DNA of 32,754 bases from an uncultured Chitinophagales bacterium (lineage in GTDB: Bacteria; Bacteroidota; Rhodothermia; Balneolales; HLUCCA01), in the NCBI GenBank assembly GCA_964454075.1, contig CAYVRS010000001.1:2083-34836 (forward strand). The letters are read 5' to 3'. Both the position numbers and the translations under genes were made by a program. Position 1 is the stretch's first letter. The number at the start of each line of letters is the position of its first letter. This document shows, in pieces, positions 1-9,567 of this stretch. The notes under the pieces are model-generated. The model was not told the origin of the DNA. It made no database searches and was given only the letters and a program-made list of their open reading frames with translations.

Positions 1-396
1 ACCAACGCGAAAGCCTGGCTTTTCCGCATCCTCAAGAACTCCTACATCAACAATTACAGGAAGAAGTCGAAGCGGCCCAACGAGGTCGATTTCGACGACG
101 TGTCCACCTTCTACGAGACCATCCGCGCGGACCAGACCGACACCAGCGATCTGGAGGAGCGTCTGTACCGCGACATGCTCGACGACACGGTGACCAAGGC
201 CTTGGAAGACCTTCCCGAGGATTTCCGTTCGGTCGTGCTTCTCTGCGATGTGGAGGGGTTCACCTACGAAGAGATCGCCAACATGCTGGATGTGCCCATC
301 GGCACCATCCGCAGCCGGCTTCACCGGGGTCGGAACCTGCTCCGAGCCACCTTGGAAGGCTACGCCCGGAAGCGAGGCTTCAGTTCAGAAAACTGA
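1..396 (+). CDS. ECF-type RNA polymerase sigma-70 factor (5'-truncated by window edge)
   Basis: Frame open from base 1: TNAKAWLFRILKNSYINNYRK (region 2) ... LPEDFRSVVLLCDVEGFTYEEIANMLDVPIGTIRSRLHRGR (region 4 HTH). Confidence 0.93.
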   Translation, partial: TNAKAWLFRILKNSYINNYRKKSKRPNEVDFDDVSTFYETIRADQTDTSDLEERLYRDMLDDTVTKALEDLPEDFRSVVLLCDVEGFTYEEIANMLDVPIGTIRSRLHRGRNLLRATLEGYARKRGFSSEN

Positions 397-1552
397 GCAT
401 CACCCGGAACGTGGTTCCCTGGTCCGGGGAAGAGTTGAGCACGAAGACTTTCCCGCCGTGGTATTCTTCGATGATGCGGCGGGTGAGCGTGAGTCCCAAG
501 CCCCAACCGCGGCGTTTCGTGCTGAATCCGGGTGTGAAGATCTCCTCGTAACGCTTCTTCTCGATGCCCTTGCCTGAATCGGTGAAATCGATCATGACCC
601 AGCGGTCGTTCGTGGTCGCGGTGATCGAGATCTTGGCGGCCTTGTTATCGGTTTCGATGGCGTCGAGCGCGTTCTTCAGCAGGTTTTCAAAGGCCCAATG
701 CAGCAGGTCGGTGTTCACGGCGCACTTGATCGATTCATCGACTTCGCAGGTGAGCGTCACTTCCTTGCCGAATCGGGGAATGCGTCGGCGCATGTAATCG
801 GCGACGTCGGTGAGGATGGGTCCGATGCGCTGGGGGGTGCGTTCCGGGCTCGATCCGATCTTGTTGAAGCGCTCGGCCACGCGTTGCAAGCGGGCCGCGT
901 CTTCTTCAAGCTCGGCGATGAGCGGCAGGTTCTGTTCGGTGCTCTGCGTCTTCAGAAGCTCGATCCAGCCCAGCAGGCTCGAGAGCGGGGTGCCGAGTTG
1001 ATGCGCGGCTTCCTTGGCCATGCCCACCCACAGACGCGATTGCTCATGACGCCGTATGGATCGCACGGAAATGGTGGCCAACCCGAGAATGAGCGAAAGA
1101 ATGCCGAACTGGATGTACGGGAACAGCCTCAGCGAGCGGATGGTGTCGGTGTCGCCGTAGTAGACGTACTGGTAGATCGATTCGGTGGGCGTGAGGGGCA
1201 GCTCGATGCGGATGGAATCGTTCATGGCCGCGAATTCGCGCACCATCTGGAGGTTGACGTCCGTCGAGTCGATGTTCCAGAAGTTCTGGATGTTGCCCTC
1301 CGCGTCGGTGAGGAGGGTGGGCACCTGGTTCCGATTCTGGATGATGATGTGGTTGAACACAAAATCCAGCTCGTCCGACCCCTCGACCGTGGCCTGTGTG
1401 CCGATGTATTCGATCGCCTTGGCCCACAATTCCACGCTGGCTTTGTTCCGCAGTACGATGCGGTCGATCAGGTAATTCGTGTATGCGAAGGATGCCACAG
1501 CCATCGCCACAAACAGAAAGATCAGAATGTAGCGGGTGGCGTTGGCGTTCAT
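380..1552 (-). CDS. Membrane sensor histidine kinase (two TM segments, HisKA + HATPase)
   Basis: H-box AKEAAHQLGTPLSSL, N-box ENLLKNALDA, DSGKGI, FTPGFSTK, GWGLGL; two hydrophobic segments. Confidence 0.93.
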   Translation of the reverse strand: MNANATRYILIFLFVAMAVASFAYTNYLIDRIVLRNKASVELWAKAIEYIGTQATVEGSDELDFVFNHIIIQNRNQVPTLLTDAEGNIQNFWNIDSTDVNLQMVREFAAMNDSIRIELPLTPTESIYQYVYYGDTDTIRSLRLFPYIQFGILSLILGLATISVRSIRRHEQSRLWVGMAKEAAHQLGTPLSSLLGWIELLKTQSTEQNLPLIAELEEDAARLQRVAERFNKIGSSPERTPQRIGPILTDVADYMRRRIPRFGKEVTLTCEVDESIKCAVNTDLLHWAFENLLKNALDAIETDNKAAKISITATTNDRWVMIDFTDSGKGIEKKRYEEIFTPGFSTKRRGWGLGLTLTRRIIEEYHGGKVFVLNSSPDQGTTFRVMLSFLN

Positions 1553-1555
1553 GGC

Positions 1556-2805
<1,250 letters not shown>

Positions 2806-2809
<4 letters not shown>

Positions 2810-3423
2810 TTCGAGCGTTTCAAGACTTTGTCGACCGCGCCATAGGCCACCGATTCTTCGGCGTCCATCCATTTGTTGCGATCGGAATCGAGCAGAATCT
2901 GTTCCAGCGGTTTTCCGCAGTTGTCGGCCAGGATCTGGCTGAGGCTCTGCTTGATGCGGATGATTTCGCGGGCTTCGATCTCGATGTCGCTCGCTTGGCC
3001 TTGAACACCGCCCAGGGGTTGGTGGATCATGACCCGCGCGTTCGGCAGCGCGGCGCGCTTGCCTTTGGCACCCGCGGTAAGCAGAACGGCACCCATCGAT
3101 GCGGCCATGCCGATGCAGGTGGTGGCCACATCGCATTTGATGTAGTTCATCGTGTCGTAAATGGCCATGCCCGCCGACACCACTCCGCCCGGGGAGTTGA
3201 TATACAGGTTGATGTCCTTGTCGGGATCTTCCGACTCCAGGAACAACAGCTGCGCCACGATGTTGGCGGCCACCATGTCGTTGATCGGAGACCCTAGGAT
3301 GATGATGCGGTCTTTGAGAAGCCGTGAGTAGATATCGTAGGCGCGCTCACCCCGGCTGGTCGTTTCGATGACCATCGGGATCAAGTTGCTCTGCATCGTG
3401 TCTTGGTACAAGGACGTCACCAT
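2806..3423 (-). CDS. clpP: ATP-dependent Clp protease proteolytic subunit ClpP
   Basis: [30 protein letters not shown] (catalytic Ser), MIHQPLGG. Confidence 0.98.
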
Positions 3424-3428
3424 GGGGA

Positions 3429-4703
3429 TTAGTTGTGTTTTTTCTGGAACGCGTCTTTCGAGACGGGATTGGCCTTCACATCGTTCGCCAATTTATCAAA
3501 TAACTTCTGAGAACGAAGGGTCTGGCGAAGATTTTCCATCTGCTCGCTCGACGACGCATAGTAGTTCTTGATCATGTCCACCGGCAGGCCGTAACGGGCC
3601 GCCTCGCTGGCCAGATAGCCTTCCACGTCGTCCTTCGTGATTTCCAAATCAGGGTACACTTCAGCCAGTTTGTCTTGGAGGAACATCCACTTGGCTTCGT
3701 TGGTCGCCCGCGGACGCACCGTCTCGGCGTAGGTGTCGATATCGAAGCCGACCGGCAGCTGACCGTTGTTGCGTTTTTTGAGGTCCTCCATATAGCTGGA
3801 GATCACGGTCTCGAGGATGGTTTCCGGCACGTCGAAGTGATGCGCTTTCACCAGGGCGTCGGCGATATGCTCCTTGAAGAGATCGTGCGCCGCCTTGTCG
3901 TAATAATCCTGGATGCGGCTGCGCAGGTGGGCGCGGTAGCCGTCCATGTCTTCGGCATCCCCTTGGGTCACGTCTTTGATGTACTCCGGCGTGATCTCAG
4001 GGGGCGTCAGCACCAAGTGAGACTTGATGGTGACGTTGAAGTCGTGCGAGTGGTCGCCGTGGGAGAAAGACACTTTGCGTGTATCACCCACTTTGGCGCC
4101 AGCCAATTGCGGAGCCACGTCGGCATTGTCCGGTGAAGCGAGATCGAGCTCTTTGTCGATATCCATCTCATGGTCGTGCACATGGCCGTCGTGCGAGATC
4201 GGAGCGGCATCGACCAAGACTTTCGAATCGGAGGTGATGGGGCCGTCGGATTCGGTCCACGTGCCTTTGCGACGCTGCGAATAGGCGATTTCTTTGTCGA
4301 TCTCCTCATCGGTGACGTCATGCACGATCTTGTCGACCGAGAGGGTGGACAGGTCGACCAACTCGAATTCAGGCTTGATGCCCAGTTTGAAGACCACTTC
4401 CAACTGACCTTCTTCCCAGTTCATCTTCGTGATGAGCGGTTCGCCGATGGGTTTGTGTTCCGGAACGATGGTGTCGCGGAAGACTTCCTGAACCAAGGCG
4501 TTGATTTCGTCGAGTTCGACGTCTTTGCCGAAGCGTTTTTTGACGACCGGCAGAGGCGCGGTGCCTTTGCGGAAGCCGGGAAGAACGGCTTGCTTCTGGA
4601 TTTTCTTAAGTGCTTTTTCGAAACGCGGAGCCAGGGTGGCGGCATCGGCGGTGAGGGTGACCTCGCGGTCGACGTTGCTGAGGTCTTGAACGGAAATGTT
4701 CAC
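3429..4703 (-). CDS. tig: Trigger factor
   Basis: LPGFRKG ribosome-binding motif, about 424 aa, upstream of clpP-clpX; GTG start. Confidence 0.93.
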   Translation of the reverse strand: MNISVQDLSNVDREVTLTADAATLAPRFEKALKKIQKQAVLPGFRKGTAPLPVVKKRFGKDVELDEINALVQEVFRDTIVPEHKPIGEPLITKMNWEEGQLEVVFKLGIKPEFELVDLSTLSVDKIVHDVTDEEIDKEIAYSQRRKGTWTESDGPITSDSKVLVDAAPISHDGHVHDHEMDIDKELDLASPDNADVAPQLAGAKVGDTRKVSFSHGDHSHDFNVTIKSHLVLTPPEITPEYIKDVTQGDAEDMDGYRAHLRSRIQDYYDKAAHDLFKEHIADALVKAHHFDVPETILETVISSYMEDLKKRNNGQLPVGFDIDTYAETVRPRATNEAKWMFLQDKLAEVYPDLEITKDDVEGYLASEAARYGLPVDMIKNYYASSSEQMENLRQTLRSQKLFDKLANDVKANPVSKDAFQKKHN

Positions 4704-4734
4704 AGGTCGGAAGGGATTGATGGGATGGTGTGTG

Positions 4735-4816
4735 TGCGAGAGAGGGGACTCGAACCCCTAAGCCTTTCGGCACTAGTTCCTAAGACTAGCGTGTCTACCA
4801 GTTTCACCACTCTCGC
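4735..4816 (-). tRNA. tRNA-Leu (anticodon UAG), CCA not encoded
   Basis: Reverse complement GCGAGAG..TGGTAGAC..CTAGT-CTTAGGA-ACTAG..long variable arm..GGTTCGAGTCC..CTCTCGCA folds as a class II cloverleaf. Confidence 0.96.
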
Positions 4817-4891
4817 GATACGGTTGGCAAGCTTGGAAAAATAAGGACTTTCCGCCATTTTCTCAATCCACACCCCGTCCAAGGAGTTCCC

Positions 4892-5209
4892 ATGAGCGAG
4901 ATCCGATTCGTGTATGTGCCCTGTCCGTCGGCCGATGTGGCCCGGAGTCTGGCCAAATCCTCTTTGCACGCGCGGCTTGCCGCCTGCGCGAACCTGTTTT
5001 CGGCGATCCATAGCCTGTATTGGTGGGAGGGGGAATTGCAGGAGGATGCCGAAGCGGTGCTGATTCTGAAGACCGATGCGTCGCACTTGGCGGCGCTACG
5101 TGAGCATCTGCTTGAGGTGCACCCCTATGAGGTGCCTTGCGTGGCGGTGATGTCGCCCGAATCGGTGAACGAGGCCTATGCCGGGTGGCTCATGTCCGAG
5201 CTCGGTTGA
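4892..5209 (+). CDS. cutA: Divalent-cation tolerance protein CutA
   Basis: RLAACAN, SLYWWEG, HPYEVPC motifs; AAGGAG 6 nt upstream. Confidence 0.95.
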   Translation: MSEIRFVYVPCPSADVARSLAKSSLHARLAACANLFSAIHSLYWWEGELQEDAEAVLILKTDASHLAALREHLLEVHPYEVPCVAVMSPESVNEAYAGWLMSELG

Positions 5210-5372
5210 GGTACTCGGCCACGAGGCGGTGATGCTCGGCGAAGGTCTCGATTTCGGTGTCGCTGCGGAGCCACGAGCCGGGCGCACGAATGGGCGCATC
5301 CAATGCCGCTTCCAAGGCGGACATCGTGCCGAAGTCGATGGCGTGATTGGGTGACAGGACCAAGCGGTGCAT
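5190..5372 (-). CDS. Small hypothetical protein (about 60 aa, MHRLVLSPNH...)
   Basis: GC3-rich codon usage like neighbouring genes; fills the gap between cutA and the heptamer tract; no recognisable motif. Confidence 0.5.
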   Translation of the reverse strand: MHRLVLSPNHAIDFGTMSALEAALDAPIRAPGSWLRSDTEIETFAEHHRLVAEYLNRART

Positions 5373-5383
5373 AAATGTGATCG

Positions 5384-5467
5384 ATTTTCCGTTTTCAGTT
5401 TTCGAATGACAGATTCCGGATTCCTGATTCCCGTTCTTACATTCTCCCATGCCCATCCTCCATTCTT
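5384..5467. repeat. Degenerate 7-nt-period tandem tract (about 12 units)
   Basis: ATTTTCC GTTTTCA GTTTTCG AATGACA GATTCCG GATTCCT GATTCCC GTTCTTA CATTCTC CCATGCC CATCCTC CATTCTT. Confidence 0.75.
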
Positions 5468-6303
5468 CTGCCATTTCCCTGATCAAAGATGTCGCGGCGG
5501 TTCCCTCATTCAGCAGCTATGAGGAACGCCTCCACCCCTTGGTGCTGTCGGTCGCCGAGTCCATCCCCGGCGCCGTGGCGCATGTGGTCCACGAGCGCAA
5601 CCTGGTGATCCAGGTGCCGGGCGATCCGTCGCTTCCCACCGTCGCCATCGCCGCGCATCTGGACAAGATCAACCATGTGGGACACGACTCGCTCGATCCG
5701 CTTCCCATCCGCGAAAGCATGGGGTATCTGGAAGGTCAGCTCGACGATGCGGCGGGCGTAGGCATCGCCTTGGCCTTGGCGAAGAATCCGCGACGGCACA
5801 AATATCCGCCGCTGCTCATCCTGCTCTCCGAAATGGAGGAAAGCTGGGGACTCAAGAAATCCCCGCATCTGCTCCGCGGCAACGGTGAGGGCCTGACCCA
5901 TGGCATGGGAGCCGAGCGCATCGCGCGCTTCCTCATCGAGAAGAACATGCTCCCCAACGTCTGCATCACGATTGACACCACACCGCTGTTCGGCGGCATG
6001 CCGGGTGTGGCCTTGTATGCGGCGCATTGGGAGTTCAACAAATGCGAGGTGAGTACGGGCGAGCGGCTGAAAACCGACGCCGTGGTCAAGAAGATGACGG
6101 ACATCTGCCCGGACATCCTCATCTCCAACAACACGAACGATTATCTGGTGTACGGACGCGTGTTTTCAGCGGAGGCGGGTCGCCCGATCGCCTGCGTGGC
6201 GCTGGAACCGGCCATTTTCCCGTATCACCAGACCGGTGAGCGCGTGTATCTGCGCGACATCAAGATGGTGGTCGACATCCTGGATGCCTACCTCTGTGCC
6301 TGA
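5449..6303 (+). CDS. M28/M42-like zinc metallopeptidase (Zn-dependent exopeptidase fold)
   Basis: AHLD, QLDDAAG, SEMEE, IDT and C-terminal YH metal-ligand pattern. Confidence 0.8.
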   Translation: MPILHSSAISLIKDVAAVPSFSSYEERLHPLVLSVAESIPGAVAHVVHERNLVIQVPGDPSLPTVAIAAHLDKINHVGHDSLDPLPIRESMGYLEGQLDDAAGVGIALALAKNPRRHKYPPLLILLSEMEESWGLKKSPHLLRGNGEGLTHGMGAERIARFLIEKNMLPNVCITIDTTPLFGGMPGVALYAAHWEFNKCEVSTGERLKTDAVVKKMTDICPDILISNNTNDYLVYGRVFSAEAGRPIACVALEPAIFPYHQTGERVYLRDIKMVVDILDAYLCA

Positions 6304-7192
6304 ATCGGCGCCGGTCTTCATCGTCAATCCGTCAGCGAACCGAACGAAGGCGCTGAAGCGGGTGGGTTGGCTGCGGAACGCGCTGAAAGAGGTCTGGCCC
6401 GGAAGCCGCATCGTCATCTCGAAAAAGCCGGGCGATATCGGCCGCATCGGCCGGGAGGAAGCCGCGAAGGGACACCCTGTGATCGCCTGCGGAGGAGATG
6501 GATCCATCAACGAGCTCATCAACGGCGTGGCGAGGATGGATGCGGTGATCGGCGTGCTTCCGATGGGAAGCGGCAACGATTTCGCCAAAAGCCTGGGCCT
6601 GTCGCTCGACAAAGACCGCGCCCTACGTCAGCTTCGCGAATCGGAAGCGCGGCCCATCGACCTGATCCGCTACGACACCGACCGCGGCGGCGGCCTCTGC
6701 GACAACACGCTCGGCATCGGGTTCGACGGGTGGGCGAATGTCCACGCCCATCGCAACACAGTCTTCAAAGGCACGCTGCAATACCTGTACGCCACCGTGA
6801 AAACCGCCTTCACCTTCAAGGCCGTCCCCATGCGCCTGACACTCGACGAGCTCGAGATCTCCGGCGATTTCCTGATGGTGACGGTCTGCAACGGAACCAC
6901 CGAAGGCGGAAACTTCAGAGTCGCGCCCATGGCCGACATCGCCGACGGATGGATGGATGTCGTGATGCTGGGTCCCTTGTCGATCCCGCAGCTCTTCCTG
7001 CGGTTGCCGTTCTTCCTGACCGGCTCGCAGTTCCGATTCAAGGACATCCGGCATGTGCGATGCAAGAGCTTCCGCGCCGAGATCGGAGTCCCCGTCGCCG
7101 TGCATGTGGATGGCGAAGAAGTGGAAGGGAATGATGTGGCGTGGGTCGAAGCGGAGGTGGTGGTGGGGGTGAGGGTTATTGCGAGGCGGTAA
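6296..7192 (+). CDS. Diacylglycerol kinase family lipid kinase (YegS/DgkB-like)
   Basis: IVNPSA, ACGGDGSINE, LPMGSGNDFA, GIGFDG, HVDGE; start uncertain (GTG 6296 or ATG 6284). Confidence 0.92.
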   Translation: MPESAPVFIVNPSANRTKALKRVGWLRNALKEVWPGSRIVISKKPGDIGRIGREEAAKGHPVIACGGDGSINELINGVARMDAVIGVLPMGSGNDFAKSLGLSLDKDRALRQLRESEARPIDLIRYDTDRGGGLCDNTLGIGFDGWANVHAHRNTVFKGTLQYLYATVKTAFTFKAVPMRLTLDELEISGDFLMVTVCNGTTEGGNFRVAPMADIADGWMDVVMLGPLSIPQLFLRLPFFLTGSQFRFKDIRHVRCKSFRAEIGVPVAVHVDGEEVEGNDVAWVEAEVVVGVRVIARR

Positions 7193-7205
7193 AGGGGCGA
7201 AAAGA

Positions 7206-7285
7206 AGGGGCGCATCACTGATGCGCCCGTACAATGCGCCCGTGCAATGCGCCCGTGCAATGCGCCCGTCCCGTGCGCCCGTGGA
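7206..7285. repeat. REP-like palindrome plus five 13-bp tandem half-REP units
   Basis: GGGCGCATCA-C-TGATGCGCCC (7208-7228) followed by GTAC; ATGCGCCCGTnnn-like units at 7221, 7234, 7247, 7260 and 7273 (last begins GTG). Confidence 0.88.
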
Positions 7286-7359
7286 AGCCCCCGAATTTAG
7301 TTCCAGATTTAGGAATGAATTCATTTGGAGGGCAGGTCGCGTGTGGAATAAGATGGGGG

Positions 7360-7863
7360 ATGTTTTACAATCCAAAAACCTACACACGAAAGAACACCCT
7401 GCGGTGCAAAGGATGGAATTATTCCGGTCCAGGCCGGTACTTCATCACCATTTCCGTCCATCAACACGCCCACGTTTTCGGCCACATTTCCGATGGTCAT
7501 ATGAATCATTCCGAAATCGGTTCCATCGCACGCGATTGTTGGGCGGACATTCCCAATCATTATCCGAATGTGCGATTGGGCGATTTTGTCATCATGCCGA
7601 ACCACATGCATGGCATCCTGATGTTGGATGGGGATGACCGATTTCGAACCAATCCATCGGCCACGAGTCATATCGTCCGGATGTACAAATCCATCGTTAC
7701 GAAACGATCGTTATCGGTCCTTCCGACGTTTCGATGGATACGGAATTACCACGACATCATCATCCGCGACGACCGCGCGTTTCGCGTCATCACCACATAC
7801 ATCCGCAACAATCCCAAGAACTGGAACCGAGACCGGTTCAGAAAACGAGTGAGAACCCGATGA
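7360..7863 (+). mobile_element. REP-associated tyrosine transposase (RAYT/TnpA-REP, HUH Y1 family)
   Basis: RKNTLRCKGWNYS..GRYFITI, HUH motif MPNHMHGI, WIRNYHDIIIRD, catalytic Tyr in YIRNNP..W; visibly more AT-rich than flanks. Confidence 0.92.
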
Positions 7864-8333
7864 GAAAACCCTGGAACCTCCCGCATCTGCCGGTGCACAG
7901 CCTGATGACCTTCGACGCCGAGGGCCGCATCAACATGAACATCTGCACCTATGTGACGGCGGTGAGCCTGGATCCGAAACGCTACGCCATCGCGGTGTAC
8001 GAGGGCACCAAGACGCTCCAAAATCTGGAGACGTCGGACCTTGCCGTGCTTCAATATCTGCATCCGGATCAGATCAACCTGGTGCGGCATCTGGGGCAGA
8101 AAAGCGGGATGTCTGTCGACAAAGACGCCTGGTTGCGCAAAGCCGACCGACTCGCCACCTGGCGCGGCGTCGAGGTCTTGGCGGGTGCGTCGGCGTGGGT
8201 CGAACTGCATCGCATCGGGCGGATGCCGGCCGGCGACCACGAGCTGTTTCTGTTCGATGTGACCGCCTCGAAAACCCTCCGCGAGGAGGTGCTCACCACG
8301 GCGATGCTGCGCGAAGGCGGACTGATCCGCTAA
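7860..8333 (+). CDS. Flavin reductase-like (FMN-binding split barrel) protein
   Basis: NMNICTYVTAVSLDP, LGQKSG..DK, AGDHELFLFDV; ATGA overlap with RAYT stop. Confidence 0.85.
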   Translation: MRKPWNLPHLPVHSLMTFDAEGRINMNICTYVTAVSLDPKRYAIAVYEGTKTLQNLETSDLAVLQYLHPDQINLVRHLGQKSGMSVDKDAWLRKADRLATWRGVEVLAGASAWVELHRIGRMPAGDHELFLFDVTASKTLREEVLTTAMLREGGLIR

Positions 8334-9562
8334 TTCCGGAAATGGATCTCTTCGGTGAGGTTGGAGACCCGGCGCCGCGCATAGTTGGCCATGTTCTCGT
8401 CCTTCGTGCCGGGTGAATTCAGGAAGCGGGTGTAGAAATCGCGCGCTTCGACGCGGTTCGTGCCGGAACGGTCGTACGCCGATGCCGCGAAGTACAGGAT
8501 CTCATGGCGGGTGGGCGCCAACTGATAGGCCAAGGCATAGAGCTTGACGGCATCCGCCGTTTTTTTCTGCTGATCGAGCCTGACGGCTTTCTGGATGTAC
8601 GCATCCACCAGCAGCGTGCCCATCGAATGCACCGCGGTGCTGTCGAGCAGAGGAATGGCGAGATCGCCCATGTCCGACTGCACCATCGCCATGGCCAGAT
8701 AGAAATTGGTGTTCGGGTCCTGCGATTCCTTGGCCAGGCTCTGCGTGAGCGCATCGCGCGCGCCGCCGAAATCTTCCGCGAAATACAGGCACATGCCGAT
8801 GTTGCGCCAAGTGGACGCCGACTCGTCGCCCAAACCGACCACTTCCTTGTACTGCGCGGCGGCCGCGGCGTAGTTTTTCCGCTTGAACTCGATTTCCCCG
8901 ATGCGTTTGCGGATGGGGATGCTCGTCGGATACAGCGTCACCGCCGCGGTGGCCGTTTCCATGGCAAGATCCAGCTGGTCGAGCTCGTAGTACAGACGGG
9001 TGAGGTCGTGCAGCACGCCGTGGTGGTTCGGACTCAGCATCTTCGCGGCAAGCAGCTGCGTGAGCGCTTCAGGACGCATGTCCAACGCCGAATACACCCG
9101 GCTCAGCGCATACCGGAAACTCGTGTTCGTGGAATCTTGCCTGGCGAGCGATTCATAGATTCGTCGAGAGGCCGGCCAATTCTCCGCCTCCACCTGCAGC
9201 GTACCCATCAGGATGAGGGCTTGGCGATGATCCGGCTCGCGCTGCAAAATGGTCTCGCTCACGGCCTTGGCCATTTCGGGCTGACCCGACGCGCGATACG
9301 CCCGCGCCAGCTGAAGCTGGATGGAACTGTTCTGCGGCGCCTTTCCACGTGCCAGGTGCAAGGCTTCGATGGCTTGGTCGTACTTCTGAAGCGCCAACGA
9401 GGCCTGGCTCACCATCAGGTGCGTGTCGAGATCGCGCTGCGCCAACGGAATCGCCTCCAAGATCTGAAGTGCCTCCTCATAACGCTGCTCCAGCAGCAAA
9501 GACCGGACATCCGGCTGAATCAACACGAGTACCAACATCAACACATTCAACATGACAGGCAT
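8330..9562 (-). CDS. Exported tetratricopeptide-repeat protein
   Basis: Hydrophobic N-terminus (MLNVLMLVLVLIQ) and multiple TPR-like helical repeats; start 9562 or 9553, just after argS stop. Confidence 0.85.
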   Translation of the reverse strand: MPVMLNVLMLVLVLIQPDVRSLLLEQRYEEALQILEAIPLAQRDLDTHLMVSQASLALQKYDQAIEALHLARGKAPQNSSIQLQLARAYRASGQPEMAKAVSETILQREPDHRQALILMGTLQVEAENWPASRRIYESLARQDSTNTSFRYALSRVYSALDMRPEALTQLLAAKMLSPNHHGVLHDLTRLYYELDQLDLAMETATAAVTLYPTSIPIRKRIGEIEFKRKNYAAAAAQYKEVVGLGDESASTWRNIGMCLYFAEDFGGARDALTQSLAKESQDPNTNFYLAMAMVQSDMGDLAIPLLDSTAVHSMGTLLVDAYIQKAVRLDQQKKTADAVKLYALAYQLAPTRHEILYFAASAYDRSGTNRVEARDFYTRFLNSPGTKDENMANYARRRVSNLTEEIHFRN

Positions 9563-9567
9563 CGCGG

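Noticed and set aside
2810-3136. N-terminal extension of ClpX in the ORF track (526 aa)
   Set aside because: Overlaps clpP in another frame; the real start is the ATG at 2809 just before the zinc finger
4735-4816. tRNA-Leu as an island integration site
   Set aside because: No integrase and no duplicated tRNA 3' end seen; tRNA-Leu next to tig is a common arrangement
7221-7285. CRISPR array
   Set aside because: 13-bp units are contiguous with no spacers and no cas genes; better explained as RAYT-associated REP derivatives
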